DNA of 64,000 nt from a virus, in the IMG/VR virus record IMGVR_UViG_3300035698_018280, positions 32,001-96,000 of that record; one strand, 5' to 3'. The number at the start of each line of letters is the position of its first letter. The stretch's first letter is position 1. This document shows, in pieces, positions 18,141 through 26,719 of this stretch. The notes beneath the pieces are model-generated. The model saw only the letters and a program-made list of their open reading frames with translations, was not told where the DNA came from and did no database searches. The translations under genes and the position numbers were made by a program.

Positions 18141-19535
18141 TTAATACCTATCTACTCCGCCCATATCGTCTTCAAACTCTCGATCCAGAGCGGCGGTTTC
18201 AATAAACAACTCTTCTGCAGATTTGGCTTCATCTAAACCAAAATCGCTCTCTTGCAGGAATCTCTTGTCATCGAAGCCCAAGAATCTTTCCCAAAGAAGT
18301 CCATACTCCAATGGATCTGGCCCATATGCAATACCAAGGCAACGTAAAAGCACGCTGCCGTATCCTGAACCCCGGCCGCATCCGGTCAAGATGTTTCGCC
18401 TTCGAGCTTCCATCATGTAGTCTCGAACAATAAGTAGATACGTTGCAAAGTCATATTTATTATTATCCCATGCAACTTTGATATCATCCATTTCGAGTTT
18501 CAATCGAGCTATATGTTCAGGACTCTGCGCCCATCCTAATTTCTGAAGACCGTCGTTTGCCAACTGCCCCATGTAATCATGAGGAGATTTAAAACTTTTA
18601 GGTATATCGAATCTAGGCAGTCTCATACCGCTTGTCATATTTGTAAGTATATCGGTAGTGTCAACCTTGTCGGCAACAAGCATGGTATTCGTCAGAAGCT
18701 CAGGATGCGTTCCAAATGTCTTAGACATTTCAGCAGCCGACTTTAGATAGAACTCACTGTAAGGAAACTTGATGCGGCTAGGATCGCTGAAGCAACGAGA
18801 AGTTGACATTGCCATTAGAAGCTCATGAGATTTGCCCTGGCATTTTTCGCAATAGTGACAATCATTAGTAGCATGAACGCATACATCCATGTCTTTACCA
18901 AGCTTGAGAATATCCGGGATAATCATGCCTTCAGCATCTATACCATGATACATAGCCTCAAGATGAAAATCTTTATCGAATATGTCTTTAAAAAGGGCAA
19001 CGGCCTTCTTGGCCTGATCGTAACGGTCATGCAACAAGTTAGCATTGATAACGCTACTTAGACAAGCAGAAGTGCAAATAAGCCCTTCGCTATATTTACC
19101 AAGAAGATCAAAATCTATACGAGGATCAAAGAAATAACCTTCGGTCCAGCTATGCTCAGAAAGACGACAAAGGTTCTGGTATCCTGTCCAGTTTTTAGCA
19201 ATCAAAACAATATGTCTATTGCCCTTTCGCTTGTCTGGTTGTTCTTGTACTGAATGAGCGTGCCTGTCTTTGGACAAATAAAACTCGCAGCCTACGATGG
19301 GCTTGCATGTTGGAATCTCGTTTCCATGCTCATCTTTAGCAGGCTTTAGGCATTCCTGCATAAACTTGATAGCACCAGCCATGTTTCCATGATCAGTCAT
19401 GGCAAGGGCCTTGAATCCTTTTTTGCGAGCAGCAAGAGGAAACTGTCCTATCTTATTTAGCCCATCAAAAGATGAGTATTCAGTATGGTTATGAAGGTGA
19501 CAAAAATCGGCGTTAGTGATACGAAGTTTTCCCAT
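18141..19535 (-). CDS. dnaE: DNA polymerase III alpha subunit, N-terminal part (PHP domain plus start of palm)
   Basis: HLHNHTEYSSFDG, TDHG, GCEFY, CTSAC, TNDCHY, GCGRGSGYGS, DPLEYGLLWERFL, then a stop. Confidence 0.93.
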   Translation of the reverse strand: MGKLRITNADFCHLHNHTEYSSFDGLNKIGQFPLAARKKGFKALAMTDHGNMAGAIKFMQECLKPAKDEHGNEIPTCKPIVGCEFYLSKDRHAHSVQEQPDKRKGNRHIVLIAKNWTGYQNLCRLSEHSWTEGYFFDPRIDFDLLGKYSEGLICTSACLSSVINANLLHDRYDQAKKAVALFKDIFDKDFHLEAMYHGIDAEGMIIPDILKLGKDMDVCVHATNDCHYCEKCQGKSHELLMAMSTSRCFSDPSRIKFPYSEFYLKSAAEMSKTFGTHPELLTNTMLVADKVDTTDILTNMTSGMRLPRFDIPKSFKSPHDYMGQLANDGLQKLGWAQSPEHIARLKLEMDDIKVAWDNNKYDFATYLLIVRDYMMEARRRNILTGCGRGSGYGSVLLRCLGIAYGPDPLEYGLLWERFLGFDDKRFLQESDFGLDEAKSAEELFIETAALDREFEDDMGGVDRY

Positions 19536-19581
19536 AACTCCCTATCGTCTGCAAATAATCATGTGTAGATATGTTCCACCG

Positions 19582-19941
19582 TTAAGTCGAACGTTTCTTG
19601 CCATGAGGCTTGATTTTATTAGCATTCTTATTTAAAGAAGAACGTTTTTCCATATATTCCGAATAATGCTTAGTAAATCCAGGAGGCGCATCGCATGTTA
19701 GTCTTTGTTCAAAGGCTTCAGCAAGCGAAATTATTTTATCGTCATCTAAATTATCTGGTATATTTGCCATACCTGAAAAAGGTCCAGACTTAGCTGCTTC
19801 TCTCATTCGCAACAGTTCGGCTTCCAATCTAGTTTTACGATCTTCTTCAGACTCAACTACAGGATTATTCTTTGCATCTTGTAGTTTTTTCTCAAACTCT
19901 TCTTGTAATTTACGAATTTCTTCTGAACCTGGGCGGTGCAT
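19582..19941 (-). CDS. hypothetical protein
   Basis: 119-aa ORF, coupled to the upstream gene. Confidence 0.65.
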   Translation of the reverse strand: MHRPGSEEIRKLQEEFEKKLQDAKNNPVVESEEDRKTRLEAELLRMREAAKSGPFSGMANIPDNLDDDKIISLAEAFEQRLTCDAPPGFTKHYSEYMEKRSSLNKNANKIKPHGKKRST

Positions 19942-20216
19942 TATACGCCTCCTTTTGGAAATCTTTTGCGTATACCAGTTTTGTCGTCTCTAATATACTT
20001 TGGTTTCATATGATTAATATAACTAGCTGTTGACTGACACCAGTCCCACGCAGGACCGCTATGAGTTACGCTGCAACCTGTAATCGCTCTTCTGCATGGG
20101 CGATCAGTCTCAGGTTCCTTAGTAAGTGACTCGTCAGCCATTCGTTGTACAATTTCGAACCGTTCTCCTGTAGGCTCATCATTTTTATCTAAGATGTCAT
20201 AAACGTAGGTCGGCAA
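19941..20216 (-). CDS. FmdB-family regulatory (zinc-ribbon-like) protein, Cys-poor variant
   Basis: MPTYVY...GERFEIVQRM..E.LT..PET.RPCRRAIT; TTG start. Confidence 0.7.
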   Translation of the reverse strand: MPTYVYDILDKNDEPTGERFEIVQRMADESLTKEPETDRPCRRAITGCSVTHSGPAWDWCQSTASYINHMKPKYIRDDKTGIRKRFPKGGV

Positions 20217-20219
20217 ATT

Positions 20220-20456
20220 CTATTCCTTGGGTTTTTTCTGATATGCGTCGCAATCAACAACGGCTTGATATGTATCATGGCTGCTATAAAGCCGCCAATG
20301 TTTAGTAACTCCAAGAATACTAATTTCAACTGGTTCTATTGGATTTCCACAATTATGATGAATGCAAGTTTGACAAAGAGGTTCAGGAATCCCCATCGGA
20401 CCAACATTAAGCCTTGTAACAGGCATTTTTCTGCAATTAGGTCGAAAGCTATGCAT
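20220..20456 (-). CDS. small Cys-rich hypothetical protein
   Basis: C..LCQTC..HNC...DC pattern; 78 aa. Confidence 0.6.
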   Translation of the reverse strand: MHSFRPNCRKMPVTRLNVGPMGIPEPLCQTCIHHNCGNPIEPVEISILGVTKHWRLYSSHDTYQAVVDCDAYQKKPKE

Positions 20457-21097
20457 TAGTCAACTTCTGTACGGCGCTTGATGCCTCTTGGCGCAGCTTT
20501 CTGAGTAGCCGCAGATCGCTCTTTCAAAATTTCATCCCGGTTTGGTACGTTATCAGATGAAACATTCTGTTTCTTAGGACGGTTTGCAACTGTAAAAGTT
20601 TCAAATGCAGTTGAATCTGGATCTATATCCAAATCTGTAACATCCTCTACAGAATGACCTTCTGGCAAAAATACGCCTTCCCCTTCTTCTGCCGCAGCAT
20701 CCATTTCAACCTGTGAAGCTTGAAAAACCCTTCCATCCGCCTGTGTCGGTGTCAAATTATTCTGAAGGGCTAACTGGGCTGGCTGAGGAGCCGCTGGACG
20801 CTTTTGCCTGCCGATACTGGGCAATGCTAACCCCGGGACAGTAGTCGGCACAGAGACGGACTGAGGGCCTTTACGAAGCGGACTTGGTAGATACTGTTGA
20901 ATATGACCCTGAACCTCAGTAAGAAAACTTGCAGGAAGACTAAACGAAGATTCTCCTTGCTCGTCAAGGAATGTTAACGTCCATCCGAACTCATCTGTCT
21001 CATGGAGACGTAATGAAAATCCTAATTCTTCCTGTCCTGGTCCATTACTGAATCTCCAGGCAAAATCAATGTTTCGTAATGTTTCTTCGATCGGCAT
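20456..21097 (-). CDS. hypothetical protein
   Basis: 213-aa ORF; compact N-terminal domain plus P/Q-rich disordered tail. Confidence 0.7.
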   Translation of the reverse strand: MPIEETLRNIDFAWRFSNGPGQEELGFSLRLHETDEFGWTLTFLDEQGESSFSLPASFLTEVQGHIQQYLPSPLRKGPQSVSVPTTVPGLALPSIGRQKRPAAPQPAQLALQNNLTPTQADGRVFQASQVEMDAAAEEGEGVFLPEGHSVEDVTDLDIDPDSTAFETFTVANRPKKQNVSSDNVPNRDEILKERSAATQKAAPRGIKRRTEVD

Positions 21098-21290
21098 GCT
21101 TGCTACTCCACTTTTCTTTCAAATAATCCTGCGCCATCGTTTGCTGCTTCTTTTGTCTATCGTCCAAATGCCTTTTTAGACCAGATTTTTTAATCGGTGC
21201 AATATAAGATTTACAAGACACACAAAACGTACCGTATGCCCCGATTCGATCATCGTCAGTCTTTCCGCAAGATGGACAGGTATATCCCAT
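21066..21290 (-). CDS. small zinc-ribbon protein
   Basis: CPSC-x12-CVSC. Confidence 0.65.
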   Translation of the reverse strand: MGYTCPSCGKTDDDRIGAYGTFCVSCKSYIAPIKKSGLKRHLDDRQKKQQTMAQDYLKEKWSSKHADRRNITKH

Positions 21291-21826
21291 TATCGGTATT
21301 TATCTAAATTACCATCGTCATTATCAACAATGATTCTATCTATTGCCTCGTCGTCGTCAGCATCTTCGTGTAATTCGCTAGCAAACATATCAACACCTCT
21401 TTCGCCTTTTTTGCTCGTGAGGTAATCAGAATCTACTACATGTGTTTCCCATTGTATAACCCAAAAGTCCTTCTGCGCATCAACAATATGAGGAAGAGGT
21501 TCAGGCCTTTTCCAGCCATATGCTTGCGCCCAAGCAGATAAACATCGAATATCAATACAGTACAAGTCTTTTGCAGAAGGCTGATAACCTACTATGACAA
21601 CTTTTTTATCATGATAAAAATCGCATGTTATCGTACTAAAACCAAGAGCATGAAGTATTGTTACATTTGATTTTACACACCATTTATCAGACTGGACAGG
21701 AGATTTTATGCCTCCAATAATTTCTTGGTCTTCCATCATAAGAGTATGAACTTCATCGAATTCGCCGTTTGCCTCAAGCATAGTAAGATCTGTGAAATTT
21801 ACTTCGAATTCCATGTTCTCCATCAT
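21290..21826 (-). CDS. hypothetical protein
   Basis: 178-aa ORF with acidic tail, coupled to both neighbours. Confidence 0.7.
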   Translation of the reverse strand: MMENMEFEVNFTDLTMLEANGEFDEVHTLMMEDQEIIGGIKSPVQSDKWCVKSNVTILHALGFSTITCDFYHDKKVVIVGYQPSAKDLYCIDIRCLSAWAQAYGWKRPEPLPHIVDAQKDFWVIQWETHVVDSDYLTSKKGERGVDMFASELHEDADDDEAIDRIIVDNDDGNLDKYR

Positions 21827-22644
21827 ATCATTGCCTCTTCCATGCCCGCAAAAATATCGGCAGAATCATCTATACGATCTCTCGCATATCTAACTGTTTC
21901 TTTATCGTTATCGATTCCAAGATAACTTCGGTTCAAGACATGGGCAGCAACAGCGGTTGTACCAGATCCCACAAACGGGTCAAGAACAATGTCTCCAGGA
22001 TACGAGAACAATTTGATAACTGGTCTAGCTAACCGTACAGGAAATGGAACTTCATGACCGCCTCTATTCTGAGTCTCAGGAGTTATATGCCAAAAACTCA
22101 TTGTCCATTTCTGGAACTCTTCATCCGTTAGATCGCTTTTCGTATCCTTGGTTGGCGGCTCAAGCCTCCATGGTCCCTTGTTCCAAACAAGAATATACTC
22201 ATGGTTTCGACGGACGATAGGGTTGGAGCATGACTTGTAACTACCCCAGGCAGTAGCCCTGCCAACAACCTGATGCTTATACCAACAAATGTCGCATCTA
22301 TAATTGTAACCGATGTCTTCATTCATATTACATAGATCAGCAACTATGGGGCGGAAGTATTCTCGTCCTGTATCATCAGCGGTCTTGGCAACACGATCTT
22401 CTTCGTGATTTACCATAGAATCAATATTGATAGCCAGCCGACCGCCTGGACGTAGAACTCTATAACATTCTATCCAAACCTTTTTTAGCCATTCAAGGTA
22501 AAGCTTATAAGGCATACCGTCCTTATGATTACGATAAGGAATATTTACGTTGTATGGAGGCGATGTAAAAATTAGAGATACTGAGTTATCAGGTATTTTC
22601 TTTAATCCGTCTAATACATCAGCATGAATTATTTTGTCTTTCAT
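21823..22644 (-). CDS. DNA methyltransferase (N4-C/N6-A, beta class)
   Basis: FTSPPYN, HEVPFP, VLDPFVGSGTT. Confidence 0.92.
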   Translation of the reverse strand: MKDKIIHADVLDGLKKIPDNSVSLIFTSPPYNVNIPYRNHKDGMPYKLYLEWLKKVWIECYRVLRPGGRLAINIDSMVNHEEDRVAKTADDTGREYFRPIVADLCNMNEDIGYNYRCDICWYKHQVVGRATAWGSYKSCSNPIVRRNHEYILVWNKGPWRLEPPTKDTKSDLTDEEFQKWTMSFWHITPETQNRGGHEVPFPVRLARPVIKLFSYPGDIVLDPFVGSGTTAVAAHVLNRSYLGIDNDKETVRYARDRIDDSADIFAGMEEAMI

Positions 22645-22910
22645 CCAGTTCTCGCTTTGTACGCTGCAAAATCTGCGGCCAAACGCAGAACTTCATGCAT
22701 AGCTATATCTGCTAATTCTTCGCCATTTCGATTTGCCATGTTCTTTTCAATAACCCATTCTTTAAATTCGTTCGAAGCAAACATATAAAAACGCTGAGGA
22801 CATCTCGAAGAAAAACCATCAATACGAATAAGATCAGAATTCACAAAATCTCTAAAAGAATTGCTTTCTCTATCTATGTAGAACTTGTATTCAGCTTCAA
22901 TCATTGTCAT
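22641..22910 (-). CDS. hypothetical protein
   Basis: 89-aa ORF between two methyltransferases. Confidence 0.6.
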   Translation of the reverse strand: MTMIEAEYKFYIDRESNSFRDFVNSDLIRIDGFSSRCPQRFYMFASNEFKEWVIEKNMANRNGEELADIAMHEVLRLAADFAAYKARTG

Positions 22911-23679
22911 CGAATAAATCCTCTTCTATGTTGCTCATTCTGTTCTCTACAATATCACAAGCATGTCCGCTTATGTCGCACCCCGCAGCATGCCTACGAG
23001 CAAGGATAGATGCTTCTAATGTAGTACCGCTACCCATAAACGGATCAAAAACCCATTGTTCTTCATTACTAAACATCTTGACAACTCTGCTTAGCAGCGC
23101 AAGAGGTTTTTGGGTAGCATAACCAGTCTTCTCTTTTTCATTGCGACACAACGATGGAATATCTGTCCACCAATCTTCAAGAAGCTTACCTTTTTCCTGG
23201 TAATACTCCCATGGAATTTTCTCTTTAGACCAAGCAGTTTTACCGCCTACGTTCATCTTGGCGCTATGATGTATCCGCTGAGGATTATAAGGATAATCTC
23301 CAAAACCATACCATAAAAGGGTGTCATGCTTGCGGGGTAAGTGAGAAACAACAGTAGCAGGACTAGAGTAACACCAAATGATTTCATTCTTGAAGTTTTT
23401 TCTTCCAAAGATACTATCCATCATTACTTTGATATTATGAACAGCCTTATAGTCAACATGCACTATTATATTACTATCAGCTAGAAGAAGAGTTTTGAGA
23501 TTAGTAAAAACTTCAAACATATATGCCATATATTCATGAAAACTATCTCCTACGCCATAATATTTGTCCTCGTCTTTAGAGCTATACGGAGGATCTAGAT
23601 AAATGAGAGAGAATTTTTCTTCTCTTGTGTAATCAATACAACTTATTTTATTTATTTCATGCTGCATTAAATATCCCAA
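22897..23679 (-). CDS. DNA adenine methyltransferase (beta class)
   Basis: IYLDPPY, NEIIWCY, YATQKP, FDPFMGSGTT. Confidence 0.92.
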   Translation of the reverse strand: MGYLMQHEINKISCIDYTREEKFSLIYLDPPYSSKDEDKYYGVGDSFHEYMAYMFEVFTNLKTLLLADSNIIVHVDYKAVHNIKVMMDSIFGRKNFKNEIIWCYSSPATVVSHLPRKHDTLLWYGFGDYPYNPQRIHHSAKMNVGGKTAWSKEKIPWEYYQEKGKLLEDWWTDIPSLCRNEKEKTGYATQKPLALLSRVVKMFSNEEQWVFDPFMGSGTTLEASILARRHAAGCDISGHACDIVENRMSNIEEDLFDDND

Positions 23680-24293
23680 GAGCGAAATGAATCTAACTCT
23701 TTTTTTTCTTTGGCATCCATATACGAATGAAATCTAGGGCCTAGTTTGAAAGGCAAATCCTCAGCCGCCTGTTGTAGCTGGATAACATCTCTGTTCATCA
23801 TTAATCGATCGACCACTTTGAAGAATGAATCACAAACTTCCACCTCTTTAGGATCAAAATCACATTTGCTCATATGATCATGACACAGTTTACTTATATA
23901 AGTTGAGCACATAAGAGAATCGTTGACGATATCTTGACCGCGAGAAATAATAACCTCTCTGGCTCTGGTAACCAGGTGGTCAATTTCGTTATCTACATTG
24001 ATATTCAGCTTCTTACTTAGTCGCTGAATAGTTTCTTTTATTGATATATTCTCATACTCAGAAATGAATTGAATAATGCCTCCGCCTGACTTGCAGCCAA
24101 AACACCAGTAATCCTCATGATCTCCTTTTGAGAATGTGTAGAACGACGGATGGGAATCAGTCCCGTGACCAGGCAGCGGACACAAGTAAACTTTACGATC
24201 CATGGTATTTCGACGCGGACTAACACCTTTCTCAGCAAGATAATCTGAGATGCTATAAGATTTACTAATTAGGTCAATTGCATACGAACTCAT
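23667..24293 (-). CDS. stand-alone primase zinc-binding (CHC2) domain protein
   Basis: CPLPGH.TDSHPSF...YWCFGCKSGGGIIQF, then a helical tail; no Toprim domain. Confidence 0.85.
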   Translation of the reverse strand: MSSYAIDLISKSYSISDYLAEKGVSPRRNTMDRKVYLCPLPGHGTDSHPSFYTFSKGDHEDYWCFGCKSGGGIIQFISEYENISIKETIQRLSKKLNINVDNEIDHLVTRAREVIISRGQDIVNDSLMCSTYISKLCHDHMSKCDFDPKEVEVCDSFFKVVDRLMMNRDVIQLQQAAEDLPFKLGPRFHSYMDAKEKKELDSFRSWDI

Positions 24294-25867
24294 AAATCGT
24301 CAAAATCTTCAAAGACAACTCGGCCTTTACCGCCTGATTTTTCTTTCTTTGGTTTTTCAACCTTGATTGATGAAACTGGTTTAGAATCGCTACTCTCGCA
24401 TACGTCTAAATCAAGATCATATTCGACCGTAGTACCTTCTGCTTTTTTAATAACAGGATCGTCATTATCATCTCCCCAATCAGCATCGCTAGCTCCAGTA
24501 ATACGACAAATGTCAGGAGTAACATCAAGAATAGCTCTTGTAGAACCAGCAAATTCTTTCTTACCATATCTTGCCTTGATGCAAAATACTTGCAACTGGT
24601 TCCGCTGTTGTGTAGGACTAGGAACTAGAGCGTAGATGTTGTCTGCATCTGCAGAGAAATCATGCGAACCTCGAAGGTCTTCTGAACCGACAGTCTGCTT
24701 GCCTTCTTTCTGGGAGCGGAGTCTCTTGATCGCATCTCTACCAAGCTGAGCAGCGGAAAGAATAGCGAACCCGTGCTTACGTCCAAGCTGTCGAAGATCC
24801 TTACACATATGGCCGACCCATTCGTGGGACTTCTGGTTAGCGTATGATCTCTCTGGCGAAAGGATCGAGATATAGTCAATGACGACGAGCCTTGGCTTGA
24901 AGAAACCAGCCTCCCTCTCGATCCTTGCCTTGATTGCAGAAACAGTCAGGCGTTCCTCTGTATCTTCAATACAGAATCTCATAGGACGATCATCAAACTT
25001 AACCCATTCTCCCCGAATACGATCAATCTCCCCATCGGTCAGTAGCTCGGGCCTGTTGATATGATCATTCGTAACACCAGTTTCGCATGAGATGATCTTG
25101 TTCTGAAGCATTCGCTTTGGCATTTCAAGGCTTACAAACAAAACATCTTTCTGAGATCGAAGATAAACATTCAAAGCGATGTTAATCATCATTGTTGTTT
25201 TGAAGCCGCCGACATCTGCGACCATCAAAGTCAGAGATCCAGGAGGCATGCCAACAACCATCGATTCGTCAAGATCACTTATACCTGTAAGAAGACGTTC
25301 TGAAGGATTGTCTTTCTCTTGAAGAAGCTCTCTTAGAAAGTCTCCGCCTTCTTCGTCTAGGAACGACCAAGTAGATGAAGACTTCGAACCATCAACTCTC
25401 AGCTTGTCTAGCCCCTCGGCAAGGCTACTGACAGCGCCCATATAATTCTTCTTAGCATCTTGCTCAAAAGAATCGAACAGACCATTGAAACTTTCTCTGG
25501 CATGCATCTCCTGAATGCGACCCAAGTATACTTCTATGTCATCGCCAGATGCTCGCTGCATCTGAGAGACATTAGCAAACATGCCGTTTTCTTTAAGAAG
25601 CGCCTGCTTTGGTTTGTCTACGGCCTTTCGGCCCGTCCATTTAGCGTACTCGCCGCTTGCTATGGCCTTCTCGATGAAGTCTCCATAGCCAATGCCGGTC
25701 AGCCTGCCGTTCCTCTGATGAACATTGTAAATGGCATGTAATAGCGGTCGAAACTGAACATCAAAAAAGTCAGGATCAATCTTCTCATCTTGCAATCTAC
25801 TAACAAGCGTTGGCTCATTGAGCAGTAGGTATAAAATCTTCTCTTGACATGCGGATTTTTCTCTCAT
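24290..25867 (-). CDS. dnaB: DnaB-like replicative helicase
   Basis: TGISDLD, ADVGGFKTT (Walker A), FVSLEMP, VVIDYI, AAQLGR, DLRGS..FSADAD, KARYG. Confidence 0.9.
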   Translation of the reverse strand: MREKSACQEKILYLLLNEPTLVSRLQDEKIDPDFFDVQFRPLLHAIYNVHQRNGRLTGIGYGDFIEKAIASGEYAKWTGRKAVDKPKQALLKENGMFANVSQMQRASGDDIEVYLGRIQEMHARESFNGLFDSFEQDAKKNYMGAVSSLAEGLDKLRVDGSKSSSTWSFLDEEGGDFLRELLQEKDNPSERLLTGISDLDESMVVGMPPGSLTLMVADVGGFKTTMMINIALNVYLRSQKDVLFVSLEMPKRMLQNKIISCETGVTNDHINRPELLTDGEIDRIRGEWVKFDDRPMRFCIEDTEERLTVSAIKARIEREAGFFKPRLVVIDYISILSPERSYANQKSHEWVGHMCKDLRQLGRKHGFAILSAAQLGRDAIKRLRSQKEGKQTVGSEDLRGSHDFSADADNIYALVPSPTQQRNQLQVFCIKARYGKKEFAGSTRAILDVTPDICRITGASDADWGDDNDDPVIKKAEGTTVEYDLDLDVCESSDSKPVSSIKVEKPKKEKSGGKGRVVFEDFDDL

Positions 25868-26676
25868 TAAACTTTGATCCTATATGTATTTTCATCATTA
25901 AATAGCTTTTGAAAAGCAAGACCCATTCGCTCTTCAACTGAAATCTTTTCTACGTCAAATTCGCAAACCAGGATCGTTGGTTTACGTTCATTGATTCTCT
26001 CAATCAAAAACGTATCAAAAAGTTCTCTTGTCCACATCTCCGAACGACTGCCTTTTCCTTTGTCTATTTCTGTAACATCATCAATAACCAACCAATCAGA
26101 ATCTTGGATATCATATAATTGATCGCTTCTATCTTTTAGTATTTGTCTGAGATTAATAAATGAAACCCAATCATAGTTCCATACTTTACTTTCAGGATAT
26201 TTCTTGCGATATATAGCATCGATCATGATAGTTGCTGCAAGAAGACTTTTACCAGATTGCTGATGTTTTCTTGTGCGACGACCATTGTTGTTTTCAATAC
26301 GAGTTGATTCGCCATGAATAACAACACAAGCTCCCTGCTTAAACCTATTGTTCAATACAGAAAGTTTATTCAGTTCTAATCGATCCGTTTCAGTAACACG
26401 ATCCAGGCCATATAGGTATTTATTTAAAGTTTCTCTAACTTCTTTTACAGTGCTTGCATCGATCCGGCGTTCGCCGCCTTTGTCAACGCCTGTGAAATCA
26501 TGTATAGTAGCGTTTCTTAATTTTTGTGGAATAAGAGAGTAAATGAGAGCATGGATTTCTCCCATCTTTTTGCAAACGCAACCGTCCTCTCTAGAACACT
26601 CGCCTTCACTAAATACAGAGCAATCAGACTGAAACCTCTGCGTAAATATATTGATCTCGTTACTGAGGTCTCGCAT
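25867..26676 (-). CDS. DnaC/IstB-like AAA+ helicase loader
   Basis: N-terminal C..C..CVC, Walker A with insertion (IHG...SGKSLLA), WLVIDDV, ER..ERKPTI; coupled to dnaB. Confidence 0.75.
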   Translation of the reverse strand: MRDLSNEINIFTQRFQSDCSVFSEGECSREDGCVCKKMGEIHALIYSLIPQKLRNATIHDFTGVDKGGERRIDASTVKEVRETLNKYLYGLDRVTETDRLELNKLSVLNNRFKQGACVVIHGESTRIENNNGRRTRKHQQSGKSLLAATIMIDAIYRKKYPESKVWNYDWVSFINLRQILKDRSDQLYDIQDSDWLVIDDVTEIDKGKGSRSEMWTRELFDTFLIERINERKPTILVCEFDVEKISVEERMGLAFQKLFNDENTYRIKV

Positions 26677-26719
26677 ATCAACCCTTCGACTTTTGGGGAT
26701 TTAAAAACGGAAGGATACA

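Noticed and set aside
17500-18300. Split intein or self-splicing intron at the dnaE break
   Set aside because: No intein terminal motifs are present. The interval is filled with coupled ORFs and shows no recognisable intron or homing-endonuclease motif. RNA-level joining cannot be fully excluded without data.
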